This document shows, piece after piece, positions 45,074 through 58,419 of a stretch of 64,000 nucleotides of DNA. The notes below the pieces were generated by a model. It did no database searches and was not told where the DNA came from. It was given only the letters and a program-made list of their open reading frames with translations. The translations under genes and the position numbers were made by a program. The stretch comes from Squalus acanthias (Eukaryota): positions 17,422,001 through 17,486,000 of the forward strand of contig CM059432.1 of NCBI GenBank assembly GCA_030390025.1, read 5' to 3'. Every line of letters starts with the position of its first letter. The stretch's first letter is position 1.

Positions 45074-47655
45074 TAGAGGGAGGAGGCACTAGCGGTTTTA
45101 GCGGGCTTAAAAGTGGATAAATCCCCAGGCCCAGACGAGATGTATCCCAGGCTGCTGTGTGAGGCAAGGGAGGAGATTGCAGGGGCTCCGACACAAATTT
45201 TCAGAACCTCTCTGGCCACAGGGGAGGTGCCAGAGAACTGGAGAACAGCTAACATAGTACCATTATTCAAGAAGGGTAGTAGGGATAAACCAGGGAATTA
45301 CAGGCCAGTGAACCTAACATCAGTGGTAGGGAAATTATTGGAAAAAATTCTGTGGGACAGAATTTGTCTCCACTTGGAGAGGCAAGGATTAATCAAGGAT
45401 AGTCAGCATGGTTTTGTCAGGGGGAGATCATGTCTAACCAATTTGATTGAATTTTTCGAGGGGGTGACTAGGTGTGAGGATGAGGGTAGTGCAGTTGATG
45501 TAGTCTACATGGACTTCAGTAAGGCTTTTGACAAAGTCCTGCATGGGAGACTGGTCAAGAAGGTAAGAGCTCATGGGATCCAGGGCAATTTGGCACATTG
45601 GATCCAAAATTGGCTTAGTGGCAGGATGGTCGAAGGTTGTTTTTATGACTGGAAGCCTGTGTCCAGTGGTGTACCGCAGGGATCGGTGCTGGGTCCTTTG
45701 ATTTAAGTAGTGTACATTAATGATTTAGATATGAATGTAGGAGGTATGATCAGTAAGTTCGCAGATGACACGAAAATTGGTGGTGTGGTAAATAGCGAGG
45801 AGGGAAGCCTCAGGCTACAGGACGATATAGATGGGTTGGTTAGATGGGCAGAACAATGGGAAATGAAATTTAACCCTGAAAAGTGTGAGGTGATGCATTT
45901 TGGGAGGACTAACAAGGCAAGGGAATACACAATGAATGGTAGGACCCTAGGAAGGACAGAGGATCAGAGGGACCTTGGTGTGCATATACATAGATCCCTG
46001 AAGGCAGCAGGACAGGTAGATAAGGTGGTTAAAAAGGCATATGGGATACTTGCCTTCATTAGCCGAGGCATAGAATATAAGAGCAGGGAGGTTATGATGG
46101 AGCTGTACAAAACGCTAGTTAGGCCACAGCTGGAATACTGTGTGCAGTTCTGGTCACCACACTATAGGAAGGATGTGATTGCATTGGAGAGGGTGCAGAG
46201 GAGATTCACCAGGATGTTACCTGGGCTGGAGCGCTTCAGCTATGAAGAGAGACTGGACAGGCTGGGGTTGTTTTCCTTAGCGCAGAGAAGGCTGACGGGG
46301 GACCTGATTGAGGTGTACAAAATTATGAGGGGCATAGATAGGGTAGATAGAAAGGAACTTTTCCCCTTAGTAGAGGGGTCAATAACCAGGGGGCATAGTT
46401 TCAAGATAAACATAGAAGATAGGAGCAGGAGTAGGCCATTCGGTCCCTCGAGCCTGCTCCGCCATTCGTTGAGATCATGGCTGATCATCCAAACTCAGTA
46501 CCCTGTACCTGCCTTCTCCCCATATCCCTTGATACCTTTAGTTGTAAGAAATATATCTAACTCATTCTTGAATATATTTAATGACTTGGCCTCAACTACC
46601 TTCTGTGGTAGAGAATTCCACAGGTTCACCACTCTCTGGGTGAAGAAATTCTTCCTCATTTCTGTCCTAAATGGCTTACCCGTTATCCTTAGATTATGAC
46701 GCCTGGTTCTGGACTCTCCGACCATCGGGAACATTCTTCCTGCATCTAGTTTGTCCAGACCTGTCAGAATTTTATATGTTTCGATGAGATCCCCTCTCAT
46801 TCTTCTATACTCCAGTGAGTATAAGCCCAATCGACCCAATCTCTCCTCATATGTCATTCCTGCCATCCCAGGTATCAGCCTTGTGAATCTTCGCTGAACT
46901 CCTTCCATGGCAAGAACATCCTTCCTCAGATAAGGTGACCAAAACTGCACACAGTACTCAAGGTGTGGTCTCACCAAGGCCCTGTACAACTGCAGCAGGA
47001 CATCCCTGTTCCTATACTCAAACCCTTTCGCTATGAAGGCCAACATACCATTTGCCTTCTTCACCGCCTGCTGCACCTGCATGCTTACTTTCAGCGACTG
47101 GTGCACAAGGACACCCAGGTCTCGTTGCACTTCCCCTTCTCCCAATCTATTACCATTCAGATAATAGTCTGCCTTTCTGTTTTTGACACCAAAGTGGATA
47201 ACCTTGCATTTATCCACGTTATATTGCATCTGCCACGCTTCTGCCCACTCACCCAACCTGTCCAAATCATCCTGGAGTTTCTCGGTATCCTCCTCGCAGC
47301 ACTCACTCCCACCCAACTTTGTGTCATCTGCAAACTTGGAGATATTACATTTAGTTCCCTTATCTAGATCATTAATGGGGCAGAAGGTTTAGAGGGGATT
47401 TGAGGAAAAACGTTTTCACCCAGAGGGTGGTTGGAATCTGGAACTCACTGCCTGAAAGGGTGGTAGAGGCAGGAACCCTCACAACATCCAAGAAACATTT
47501 AGATGAGCACTTGAAACGCCATAGCATACAAGGCTACGGACCAAGTGCTGGAAAATGGGATTAGAATAGACAGGGCTTGATGGCCGGCACGGACACGATG
47601 GGTCGAAGGGCTTCTTTCTGTGCTGTATAACTCTATGACTATGACTGTCTATGAC
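45074..47655 (+). mobile_element. Second CR1 subfamily (RT to 3' end) inserted in the outer CR1, in pieces 45074-46408 and 47377-47655
   Basis: KSPGPDEMYPRLL...YMDFSKAFD...FADD...LFSL; CTATGA tail; short ACTAAT duplication at the borders. Confidence 0.92.
46409..47376 (-). mobile_element. Third CR1 subfamily 3' portion inserted in the second
   Basis: 273-aa open C-terminal ORF2 fragment (WQMQYNVDKC...GYGEKAGTGY). Confidence 0.92.
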
Positions 47656-48405
47656 TAATTTCCTTTAATTCCTCCTTCTCACTAGACCCTTGGTTCCCTA
47701 GCATTTCTGGGAAGTTATTTGTGTCCTCTTCCGTGAAGACAGAACCAAAAGTATTTGTTTAATTGCTCTGCCATTTCCTTGTTACCTATTATAAATTCTC
47801 CCGTTTCTGACTGTAAGACCTACATTTGTCTTCACTAATCTTTTTCTTTTTACATACTTGTAGAAGCTTTTACAGTCCGCTTTTATGTTCCTTGCAAGTT
47901 TACTCTCGTACTCTATTTTTCCCCTCTTAATCAATCTCCTGGTCCTTTTTTGCTGAACTATAAACTGCTCCCAGTCCTCAGGCTTGCTACTTTTTCTGGC
48001 AACTTTATATGACTGCTCTTTGGATCTAATACTATCCTTAATTTCTTTTGTTAGCCATGGTTGGGCCACTTTTCCTTTTGTGTTTTTGCACCAGAAAGGA
48101 ATGTATAACTGTTGTAATTCATGCATTCGTTCCTTAAATGTTAGCCATTGTCTATCCACTGTCAAGCCTTTTAATGAAGCTCCCCAATCTAACATAGCCA
48201 ACTCACTCCTCATACCTTCGTAGTTTCCTTTGTTTAGATTTACGACCCTAGTTTCGGATTGGACTACTTCACTTTCCATCTTAATGAAGAATTCTAACAT
48301 GTTACGGTCACTCTTCCCTAAAGGACCCCGCACAACAAGATTATTAATTAACCCCTTCTCATTGCACAATACCCAATCTAGGATAGCCTGTTCCCTAGTT
48401 GGCTC

Positions 48406-49867
48406 TGTAGGGGGTGGTGTGTGGGGGTCAGGTTCACCTCTGACTCAGTGAGCAGTTTGAATCGCTCCCACGCTCCTGGTTCTAGACCTTGGACTTATTT
48501 GGGGGCTGTGAACAAAGGTGCAGTAGACAACAGGTTTTGATGAAAGAATTTTGACTTTTATTAAAGAAAAAGGGAACAAACTTAAAACACACTTAATGCT
48601 TAAACACAGGTTGGGGAACACACGGTACAGGCGAGGGAGAATTACAATATACAAAAAAACCCTTATCCCTCCCAAATCCCACTGCCTAGCTAGGTTTGAT
48701 TCCAGAAGATCAGGGACAATGCTCACCAAATGACAGTTCTTGACAGTTGAGAGTTAGGGTTTAGAGTATTTTGAGTAAAAGGTTTCATAAGGCCCTTGTT
48801 GCCGCGAGGTGTCCGATGGTCACTGAGGCGGTCGCTCTGGTCTCTTGAACCGCTGGCCTTCTTTGTTGTACTTCTTTCTGTTGAACTCTGCCTCTGTTTA
48901 AACTGTCTTCTTCTGAGCTGTGGAACTGCCTTCTTGCAGAACTGTGGAACTCCTTGCTGCTTCTTCCTTGCTTCTCCTGAACTCTGTAACTCCAGCCCTG
49001 ACTTCTGCTGAAAACAGGCTTTTCGATTGGACTGCAGAACTGCCTTCTGTTGAACTTGAACTGTTTTACTGGAGAACTCCTTGATGGGCCTTCAATTATA
49101 CTAAATTGAAGTGGCCTTATCAAAACCAAATCAAATCCCGGTCATTGTAAGACCTCGTTAACAGTAACGACTTTACTAGCGTGTTAATTGGTTTTGTAAA
49201 TGTGTGAAGTGGTTTTCAGGATAGCTCCATCCTGTCGATCTGTTGTTTAATCGGAGTTTGAATTGTCCTCATGTTTTGGGTTTCTTGACTGGGCCTAGGA
49301 CTTCTATCTTTATGCATGTCTTTAATGGGTTCTGTAAGTGTCAAATGTTTTTTTGGGGGATGGTTTGCATCCTGTCGATCTTCTTGGCTGATTGGTTTTT
49401 GATGGGATGATGGGCTGTGAAGCTGTGTACTGGACGTTTTATTGTTAGGAATTCTGTTTGGACCTGGGGATTTCAAAAGGGTCTTGGATTATTCATTTTT
49501 GGATGTGTATATGAGGTTTTGGGTGAGGCTCTTCCTCCTTGGTTGGATTGCAGTGCAAACATCTCCCAGACAGCTTGGCTCGGTCCCAATACCCAAAAGC
49601 TGTCCACTGCCTCACCACACCCTTTCCTGCAGCCTGTGTTTCTGTGACTGCAGGTTTACCCAATGGCCCTTTTAAAAAGGTGTCTTATCATCCAAAAGTA
49701 ATTTTCCTCACGGTTTTTCTTCCCTGATCCTTAAAAATGTCCAAAACTGAGGTTTTGACCTCAAATTCCTTCATTTAGGTCCCATCATTCCAAATTCGTG
49801 TTAAGATCCAAAACTCACCCCCTTTAGGGTTGTATTCGAGTTTCTGGGGGATTTTGCGAAGCCTACA
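48406..49867 (-). mobile_element. Solo LTR (1462 bp)
   Basis: TG...CA termini and a 4-bp TSD (GCTC); splits the CR1 endonuclease coding sequence. Confidence 0.93.
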
Positions 49868-51485
49868 GCTCCTCAACGTACTGGTCTAAAAATCCATCTC
49901 ATACACACTCCAGGAATTCATCCTCCACAATATTATTGCTAATTTGGTTTGGCCAGTCTATATGTAGATTAAAGTCACCCATGATTACTGTAGTAACCTT
50001 ATTACATGCATCTCTAATTTCCTGTTTGATGCCGTCCCCTACATTGTTTGGAGGCATATAGACAACTCCCACCAATGTTTTCTGCCCCTTGGTGCTTCTT
50101 AGCTTCACCCAGACTGATTCTACATCTTGACTTTCTGAGCCAATATCCTTTCTCACTATTGCTCTGATTTCATCCTTTACTAACAATGCCACCCCACCTC
50201 CTTTTCCTTTTTGCCTGTCCTTCCTAAATATCGAATATCCTTGGATATTCAGCTCCCAGCCTTGGTCACCCTGCAGCCATGTCTGTGTAATTGCAATTAT
50301 ATCATATCCGTTTACATCTATTTGCGCTGTTAATTCTTCTATCTTATTACGAATGCTTCGTGCATTCAGATACAGTGCCTTCAGATTTGTCTTTTTAACA
50401 TTTTTAGACATCTTAACATTTTTTTGTACTATGGCCCTATTTGCCTTATTATCATTTTTTCTTACCCAGACCCTATTTGTTAGTGCACTCTTTTGTTTGC
50501 AGGCTCTGTCCCTTCCTGACACAATATACTTATCCTTACCCCAATCACTTTCCTGCACTGCTTCCTTGTCTTTTCTCTTTAGCATTCTAGATTTCTCTCC
50601 ACCGGGACCCTCCCCTCCACCCCTTATTTAGTTTAAAGTCCTATCTACCTCCCTAGTTATTCGATTCGCTAGAACTCTGGTCCCAGCATGGTTCAGGTGT
50701 AGTCCGTCCCAACGGAACAGCTCTCTCTTTCCCCAGTACTGGTGCCAGTGCCCCACGAATCGAAACCCACTTCTTTCACACCAATCTTTGAGCCACGCAT
50801 TCATCTCCCTGATCCTATTGACCCTATGCCAATTTGCTCGTGGTTCAGGTAATAATCCAGAGATTATCACCCTTGTGGTTCTGCTCTTTAATTTAGTCCC
50901 TAGCTGCTCAAACTCTCTCAGCAGAACCTTTTTCTTAATCCTACCTATGTCTTTGGTACCTATGTGGACCACGACAATTGGATCCTCCCCCTCCCACTCC
51001 AAGTTCTTCTCCAGCCCGGAGGAGATTTCCTTTACCCTGGCCACGGGAAGGCAACATAGCCTTCGGGATTCATGCTCCTAGCTGCAGAGAACAGTGTCTA
51101 TCCTCTGAACTATACTGTCGCCTACTACAACCACCTTCCTTTTAGGCGGCTGTTCGTGATAAGTGTGGATGGTGTAAGTGCTGGGGACTGTACTCACCTT
51201 TCTGGCATCTATTACTTAGCCTCCTTTCATTTATTACTGATCCCTCCATTTCCTATTATTCACCTCTCCATTTCCTATTACTCAATCCTCTGTCTCCTTG
51301 CCCATCTCTTATTACACATCCCTTTGACTCGTATTACACACCCCTTTGTCTCCTATTGCATGACTCTCCGTCTTCTCTATTACTCACTCTCCAATTGCTC
51401 ATTCCGCTGCCTCCCATTATAGACCTCTCCATCTCCTATTACTGAGCCAATCCTGTGTTTTAGTTTTGACTTTGCAGTTTATATA

Positions 51486-52046
51486 GGCCCATATTTTGCT
51501 GGGGACTTGCACCATTGCAATGACGCAACTACGGTGTAGGGAGCCTTAACTGGCGCAAAACAAAGAGGAAATTATGGAGCAAGTGACTTATCACCATTAA
51601 TTCTGCAACTCCAAATTTCCCTTGGACTTCTGTGCCATTCCGCCGTTACCCTCACCGAAAACTGTTAGAAGGTAATTATTATATCTCCTGGTGCTTCACA
51701 AGTTTGTTTAGCTAAATGGTCCATCAAGAATAAATAAATACCTAAAAAAGACAATGCAATAATTGTGTTTCGATATATGTACAAATGTTTAATTCCTGAC
51801 AGGCAAAACCAAGCTATCGGCAGGACGGTTTAAAATGACTGGGTCAGGAATCGTTTATGGAGTGACAGAAAGTACAATGGCCAGTGGCTGAGCCCCTCCT
51901 GATTTGTCGCTACGCTTGCTGCGGTGAATTCTAATTAGAAATGCAGGAAAATATGGAGTAAGCTATCAATGGCGAGATTGGCGCGGTAGATGGCGAAATC
52001 TAGGACGTATGTCGCTGATCTCACCGTTGCAGGAAAATCTGGGCCT
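51486..52046. mobile_element. Harbinger-like MITE
   Basis: TIRs GGCCCATATTTTGCTG / CAGGAAAATCTGGGCC. Confidence 0.55.
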
Positions 52047-53176
52047 ACATCTTTATTTATACTTGGCCACTAAGCTTGTTTTTCTTCATGTGCCATTCCT
52101 CTTTTTTATGATGGACTCAAAAATACATTTTCACACTTGTGGTTTCCCTATTGTACATAAATATCTCCAGCTGAGAGAGTGAGCAGGCAACCTACATCCA
52201 CCAGTGTCACCCTATCATCTAATACCCAAGAACAGCCAATTCCTGTGTGAAACCAGCTATTCTTTGGCACCATAGTCGAGACTGGAAACTCACTGCATGT
52301 CCAAATCCATGCCCAACCATTCAATGGCTCAGGATGGTCAGTGCCTCAATGTGCTGTATCCTCATTTCTTCACAAGAGTCAGATTTTCTTACAATTCCTG
52401 TACCTTACCGGCAGAAATCTCTATTTTGCTCCATTTCTTGCTTTCTAGGATCTTGCTTTGTTCTTAGTTTCTCCAGTTTAATTCAGTACCCAGAGTCAAT
52501 ACCAACATAGTGGCGGAAAAGGATGGCGTGACAGGAGAGAGGGGCAGGCAGCAAAGAAGAGACAATGAGACAGGGACAGGGCTTGGGAGATCAAGTAGGC
52601 AGGCAAGAGATAGGGCGAGGAAAAATACATTATAGGAGAGTGAAGAACCTAAGTGAAGAACAATAAATACAAAGGCAGAGAATGCTGTAAGGAACCAATT
52701 TTTGTAACTGGCCAATAGATAACCAACAGTGCTTTAAATCTGTTTAAATTAAGGTTTATTTGTGTAACTGATGTGAAAAATAATTCCAGTTATTGTTGTG
52801 GTTATAATCAATACTTGCAAACAGATTCTAACCATCAATGACATGAACTGAATTAAAAATCAATAATTACTGCTGACTTCCATGCTTTTCATTTGTGATA
52901 TTTTCTCCCTCCAGCTCCCTCCCCATCTCTCCTGAAGGTGCTGACTCCTCCAGTTCATCGCTGAATTGTCCATTCTTCATGTGTAAGCTTAGGCACTGAG
53001 TATTGAAAGCACAGATTTAACTGATTGTTAAGGACAGGTCACATTTGAATTAATCAAACTATTGTTTTTTCCCTTGTGTGGATGTGATTTTTTCTGTGCT
53101 CTGCACTCAGGCAATCTAATTTGCCCAGGCACGAACAGGTGAATCTGTGCATTAAAATTGAGTGATGGATTATGTA

Positions 53177-53497
53177 GGTTTCTTCGGCAGCAACCCCCGC
53201 GCCCCCCCAAACCCGCGACCTCCACCACCTTGAAGGACAAGGGCAGCAGGCGCATGGGAACACCGCCACCTCCAAGCTCCCCTCCAAGTCACACACCATC
53301 CCGACTTGAACGTATATCGCCGTTCCTTCATCGGCGCTGGGTCAAAATCCTGGGATTCTGTACCTAACAGCAGTGTGGGAGCACCTTCACCACACGGACT
53401 GCAGCGGTTCAAGTAGAAGGCTCGCCATCACTTTCACAGGGGAACTGAGGATGGGTAATAAATGCTGGCCTTGACACTGATGCCCATATCCCGAGAA
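53177..53497 (+). mobile_element. LINE 3' UTR, same family as 14128-14580
   Basis: GGACAAGGGCAGCAGGCGCATGGGAACACC...AATAAATGCTGGCCTTG. Confidence 0.75.
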
Positions 53498-55661
53498 TTT
53501 ATGATGCAATAAAAAGTGTTGTTTTCTTAATTTTCCGGCAAACAAAATGTGTCATTGAGTCATTGTGTAAACAGGTCAGGGTATTGTATTAACAGGCGGC
53601 TTGAAACTTGTGGGGTTTTTTTTTTCACTTTAGTCCCAGGACCCTGCAGCACTGTAGATAGCCATCGTTTGTTGATCACTTCCATGCTACTGTAAGTCAG
53701 ACAACCTGCAATAGTCAGTACAACCTTCAATCTCCTGCAGCAAAGTTCTCAAAAACAGAGATTTTCAAGGAAAATGGTCTTCGTTGTCCCATCAGAAACT
53801 TTCACCCAAATATTCTATTCCTCTCCCTTCCACTTTGGCTCAACAAACCACTTGGCCCACACTGGCTTCCGTACACATGCATGTGAATGTTTGTACCCCT
53901 TGTTTTTAAAGTGGGATAATTTACCATCAGATTGTAGTCTATTGATCATGGTGCATGTATTAAAGATATTTAAAAAATGGAAGACAGGGAGATATAAAGC
54001 TTGTGACCAGAAGGTGTTATTACCTGACACTCGAGGGGGGCAGGAAAAATACCCGATTACTGCTTGTAAAAATATAAATGATAAAAGAGAGTCTTTTCTG
54101 TCAATATTGGGAAACGGTTATGCTGGAAACTGAGACTATGAACTATGAGCAGTTAGTGTGACTGCATGCCAATCCAAAATATCCCTCCTTCATAGCTCAG
54201 TATTGGTTAGTGCCCGAGCCACTTGGTCTATCTGAATGTCAACCTGACTCAGTGACTGCAGGTGACTGTTGTCTTGCATTGGTGCATATACCATGCAACT
54301 GCCCATCAGATGTTTTTAAATCAAATTCCAAAATACTCTTGAAAGAAATGGTAACATAAATATAACTTTATTAATTCAACTGTAAGTTAGCCATGTGTAT
54401 ACATCACACTAGCAATAGCATAGCTTCTCCTCAATATATACATGACATATTTTACATCAATGGTTGTTTCCTGTTGCAGTGTTTGTTGAAGAACTAGTGA
54501 AGTATGTATGGAGTTCTACTGACAAGTAATAATTCAGGAGCATTTGTTGGGTAATTCAGAAACTTACATTACTTATGCTTTGACAATATATATTTCTTTA
54601 ACACTTGTACGGAAGAGAATTTGTTGCATTTTCAATGGTGGTGGAATGTTGGCAAGGACATTGCATCAAGAGAACTTGCTGTTCTTTTTCAAATAATGCC
54701 ATGGGATCTTTAACATCCACTTGAATCGCAGGGGCTCGGCATTGATTTAGTGTCTCAACTGAAGTTCAGCCCCTGTGGGGTGAGACTTGAATCTATGACC
54801 TTTAGACTTGGAGATAAGAATGTTACCAAAAAAGCCAAGCTGGGGGCTTTCAATGCCAGTAGTGAATGCTTCAATATATTCCAGTAGAGTTTGCCAACAC
54901 CACCTTGATATTTTGATCATTCCCACACCTCCTATGTATCATACCATAAAAAATTTGGGGAGAATATTGAAAAGTTAATCTTGACATACGTCGATAAAAC
55001 ATTGGCACACATAAATGGGCAAAAAAGGTAACTAGTACTTAAACTTCAAGCGCGTTGGTATTAGCATTGATACCAAGCAATATCCTTTAAATGCCGCATG
55101 GCTTAACAGCCACAGAAGAGGGTCAATGCTCTTCGATTTGCAGTGAAAGATAGAAAGACTTGTATTTATATAGTGTCTTTCATGACCACCGGACGTCCAA
55201 AAGCGCTTCACAGCCAATGAGGTACTTTTGGAGTGTAGGCACTGTCATAATGTGGGAACGTTGTACACACAAACTGCAGAGCACAGATGGTAGCCTACAT
55301 TGATTACATTGTAGGCCAACTTGTAAATGCTACAGCACGATAATTGATGTATTACAAACTTAAACATTTCTAGTAGATACAATTCTTTGAAAGTTTAGAC
55401 ATCTTGTTGCCAACTCAATAATTAATCATTACTTTTCTACATTTATGTTTCCTGTGATTTCACGTCAAACGGTTCACACGCGTATTTTACAGACTGTACA
55501 AAAGTCAACAAATATAAACCTTATAAGCTTAAGATTATTAAACATTGTTATATTCATTTACAACATATGAATCCCGTTACAATATATTCGATGTCAAATT
55601 TGCCCCGTATGAATGTTGTCTTGGAGAATATGTTCATGGCACTACTCAACACATTTATATT

Positions 55662-55780
55662 GTTCTGATGAAGGGTCCACACCCATAACCTTAACCTGCC
55701 TTCTCTTTATAGATGCTACCAGACCTTCATAGGATTTGCTGTTTTTATTTCAGATTTCTAGCACTTGCAGTTATTCCTTC
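55662..55780 (+). mobile_element. Penelope-like remnant with a decayed hammerhead
   Basis: TTCTGATGAAGGGTCCACACCCATAAC...AGATGCTACCAGACC...TTTCAGATTTCTAGCA, similar to 42855-42950. Confidence 0.5.
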
Positions 55781-56208
55781 TTTAAAACATTTTAATCGCT
55801 TATACTATAGTATTTGAACGGAGTGTTTGATATTCTCAGCCAATGAGTAGCACGGTAATGAAAGCAGGATGGCAATTACCTTCTCACCGTAAGGTCTCAG
55901 CTTCAGATGTCACGAGCTGCCTGGAACATGTAAACCTCATTTAATCTCACTGCGAGATCGGTGATTGTGAAACCGTCTATTTAGATTCGCACACTTAACG
56001 TTCCAGGAATCCAGTAATGGATTGAGGAACTCAGACTGGTGAAAATGTTGATGCATTAACTCTTAGACAGCTGGAAATGTTTCCGTCCAATCAAAAGTCC
56101 AGATTCTAAAGGTTACTAGGGCTGTATCATAGATATACATCCTAACCCTTGCTGCCCATGAGTAAATTTGTTCAAAGCACCCTGCAGCCAGACAACACCT
56201 GAACCGGT

Positions 56209-56481
56209 AAGCCATTAATTGGTCCAGGCAGCGGGCGGTCGAGGGGGTCGTTTGGCCCGATTGCCTGCCTCTCTTCCGCGGCCATGTTCGCGCCCGGGTG
56301 GCCCTGGAGATGGAGCACGCGGTGTCCGCCGGCACGCTTGAGTTTTTCCGCGACCGGTGGGCGCCGCGGGGGCTGGAGTGCATCGTCACCCCGGACTTCC
56401 AAATTTTGATTTGATTTATTAAGTTTCATTTAAAGTTTTAATTGATTTACAGTAAATTTTGATTTGTCCAACCAAAAAGAG
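56209..56481 (+). mobile_element. 5'-truncated Tx1-clade LINE with a 16-bp TSD
   Basis: TSD CAACACCTGAACCGGT at 56193-56208 and 56482-56497. Frame 56211-56414 reads AINWSRQRAVEGVVWPDCLPLFRGHVRARVALEMEHAVSAGTLEFFRDRWAPRGLECIV, resembling a Tx1 ORF2 C-terminus. AT-rich 3' UTR. Confidence 0.78.
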
Positions 56482-57254
56482 CAACACCTGAACCGGTGAA
56501 GTCATCCATTTGGGGGGGGGGCAAAGGTTAATATTGTTTTGTCTCTAGATATATTTAGCGTGGTTTCTAAATGTAATTTCACACATTGATTGCTGACGGC
56601 ATCGGGTGGCAGAACATCAATAGTGCACTGACCTGTATTTTTATTGTATTAACGGGCTGTCCACTCTGGACACTTGCTTAATAAAGCAAGGTCTAACCTT
56701 GTTTTGTCAGCTTTCAGATAGGCCATTGAATGGATCACTGATTAATTAACAAGTGCCCAGAATGGCAGGAGCGCGATGCAGGTAAAACTAACATCTTGAA
56801 TTATTTGAATGGCGCCTCCTGGATTGTGAGCGGCTGCAGAAATGTTTGCAGCTCTGATTGGCTGCACTGTTGGCGGGAGAGAGATACATCAGGCCAAGGC
56901 TCGACAGGAGGAGGAAAGGGGGAGGCAAATACTTTCATCTCATACATTCTCCAGCATTGCTAATGTAACACTGTGTTACATATAATGGATAACTCTTTTT
57001 ACCATCGGCTTGGTTTGATGCATCACCAATATCTGCATGCATTCTGACTGCAACTGGGAGGCCGTGGTCTCGGCAAGGGTGAAATCAACTGAGCGGGTAG
57101 GTCCGTGGGTCATGGATTTACCGGTAATTTAAAATCCTGATTTAAGAGTTTGGGAAACAAAATGGACAACATCAGAAGTCCAGTGACAGTGCCACGGTAC
57201 TAGAAACAGAGAACTGAAAACCTTGTATATCACTGCTACTAAATGACTTCACTA

Positions 57255-57425
57255 TCTAGGGCAATTGGAGCTTTCAAGACTGAGATAGATTTTTGTTTTA
57301 AGGGTATCAAGGGTTATGGAGAAAGGCGGGTAAATGGAATTGCGGTGCAGATCAGCAGTGATCTCATTGAATGGCGGAGCAGGCTCGAGGGGCTGAATGG
57401 CCTACTCCTGTTCCTATGTTCTTAT
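57255..57425 (+). mobile_element. CR1 3' end
   Basis: FKTEID...KGIKGYGE; GAATGGCGGAGCAGGCTCGAGGGGCTGAATGGCC. Confidence 0.85.
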
Positions 57426-57639
57426 CTGTGAGACCTGCATTAGTAATACTTTAACCTCGTCAGTCGTGTGATACATTGCTTCAGTAAATTAGCTGTATTA
57501 CATTGGTGGGTGAACTGCTGTTGCATCTAGACTGCAGAAGGATAGCGATAAACATCAGAAACCGCACACTAGTACTTCACCAGTGACCAGCAGTATGGTT
57601 GGATGCTCAGCTCAGGGTCATATAGGACACCGAGGTTGA

Positions 57640-58030
57640 CCCTGAGACAGTGGATGGACTCAGTGGCGAGGGAATGGGGTTTATGGCTGGGGGCTGAAAG
57701 CAATAACTTTGGACTTCCCAATGTTTAATTGTAGAAAATTGAGGCTCATCCAGGGCTAGATGTCGGGCAAGTAGGCTGACAACTCAGAGGCAGTGGGGTG
57801 GTTGAGAGAGGTGGTGGTGAGGTAGGGCTGGGTGTCATTGGTGTACATCTGGGACCTAACGTCATGCCTTTGGATGGTGTCGTCGAGGGGCAGCATGTCG
57901 ATGAGAAATAGGAGCGGGCCAAGGATAGGTCCTTGGGGGACTCCATAGAAAATGGTGCTGGGGCGGGAAGAGAAGCCATTGCAAGAGATTCTCTGGTTAT
58001 GACAGGATAGGAAAGAGTAGAACCAGGACA
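57640..58030 (-). mobile_element. L2 LINE RT fragment
   Basis: WFYSFLS...GVPQGPILGPLLFLIDMLPL...MYTNDTQPYL (YADDTQLY-like). Confidence 0.8.
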
Positions 58031-58419
58031 CCAGGGCTGGAGGGTGCTTGATGTAGTCTAGGCAGATCTGGCAATGAATGGCTAAACGAGTTGTGCACCA
58101 TATTCATTCAAGTCTGTACCCCTTGGACTTAAGGGAGTAAAAATAGGGGCTGTACCAGGGGGAACAACCAGGGTGGTAGAGAGTAATAGCTTTACATGGG
58201 CACCAAATGTGGAGGTGAGGGAGTGATTGAGCAGATCGACAGTTGCAGAAGTTAGGTTCAAAACTTATCATGGCTTTTTCCTGAGACCATATTTGAGGCC
58301 ACTTCCTGGGTTCTTAGGTACCCGTTTAACTCAATCAAACTCAGTATACCACTTACATGATTGGCATCAAAGCTTTTTTTTGAAAATGGGGCAGAATATT
58401 TGAATTATAATCACGTTAG

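Larger units (their letters stand above)
43428..51140 (-). mobile_element. Near full-length CR1 LINE (ORF1 esterase 50628-51044, ORF2 endonuclease-RT) in three pieces: 43428-45073, 47656-48405, 49868-51140
   Basis: Pieces are colinear once the inserts are removed. VVHIGTKDI, DGLHLN, YLNARSIRNK, GDFN, SGVPQGS, FADD. Confidence 0.93.
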
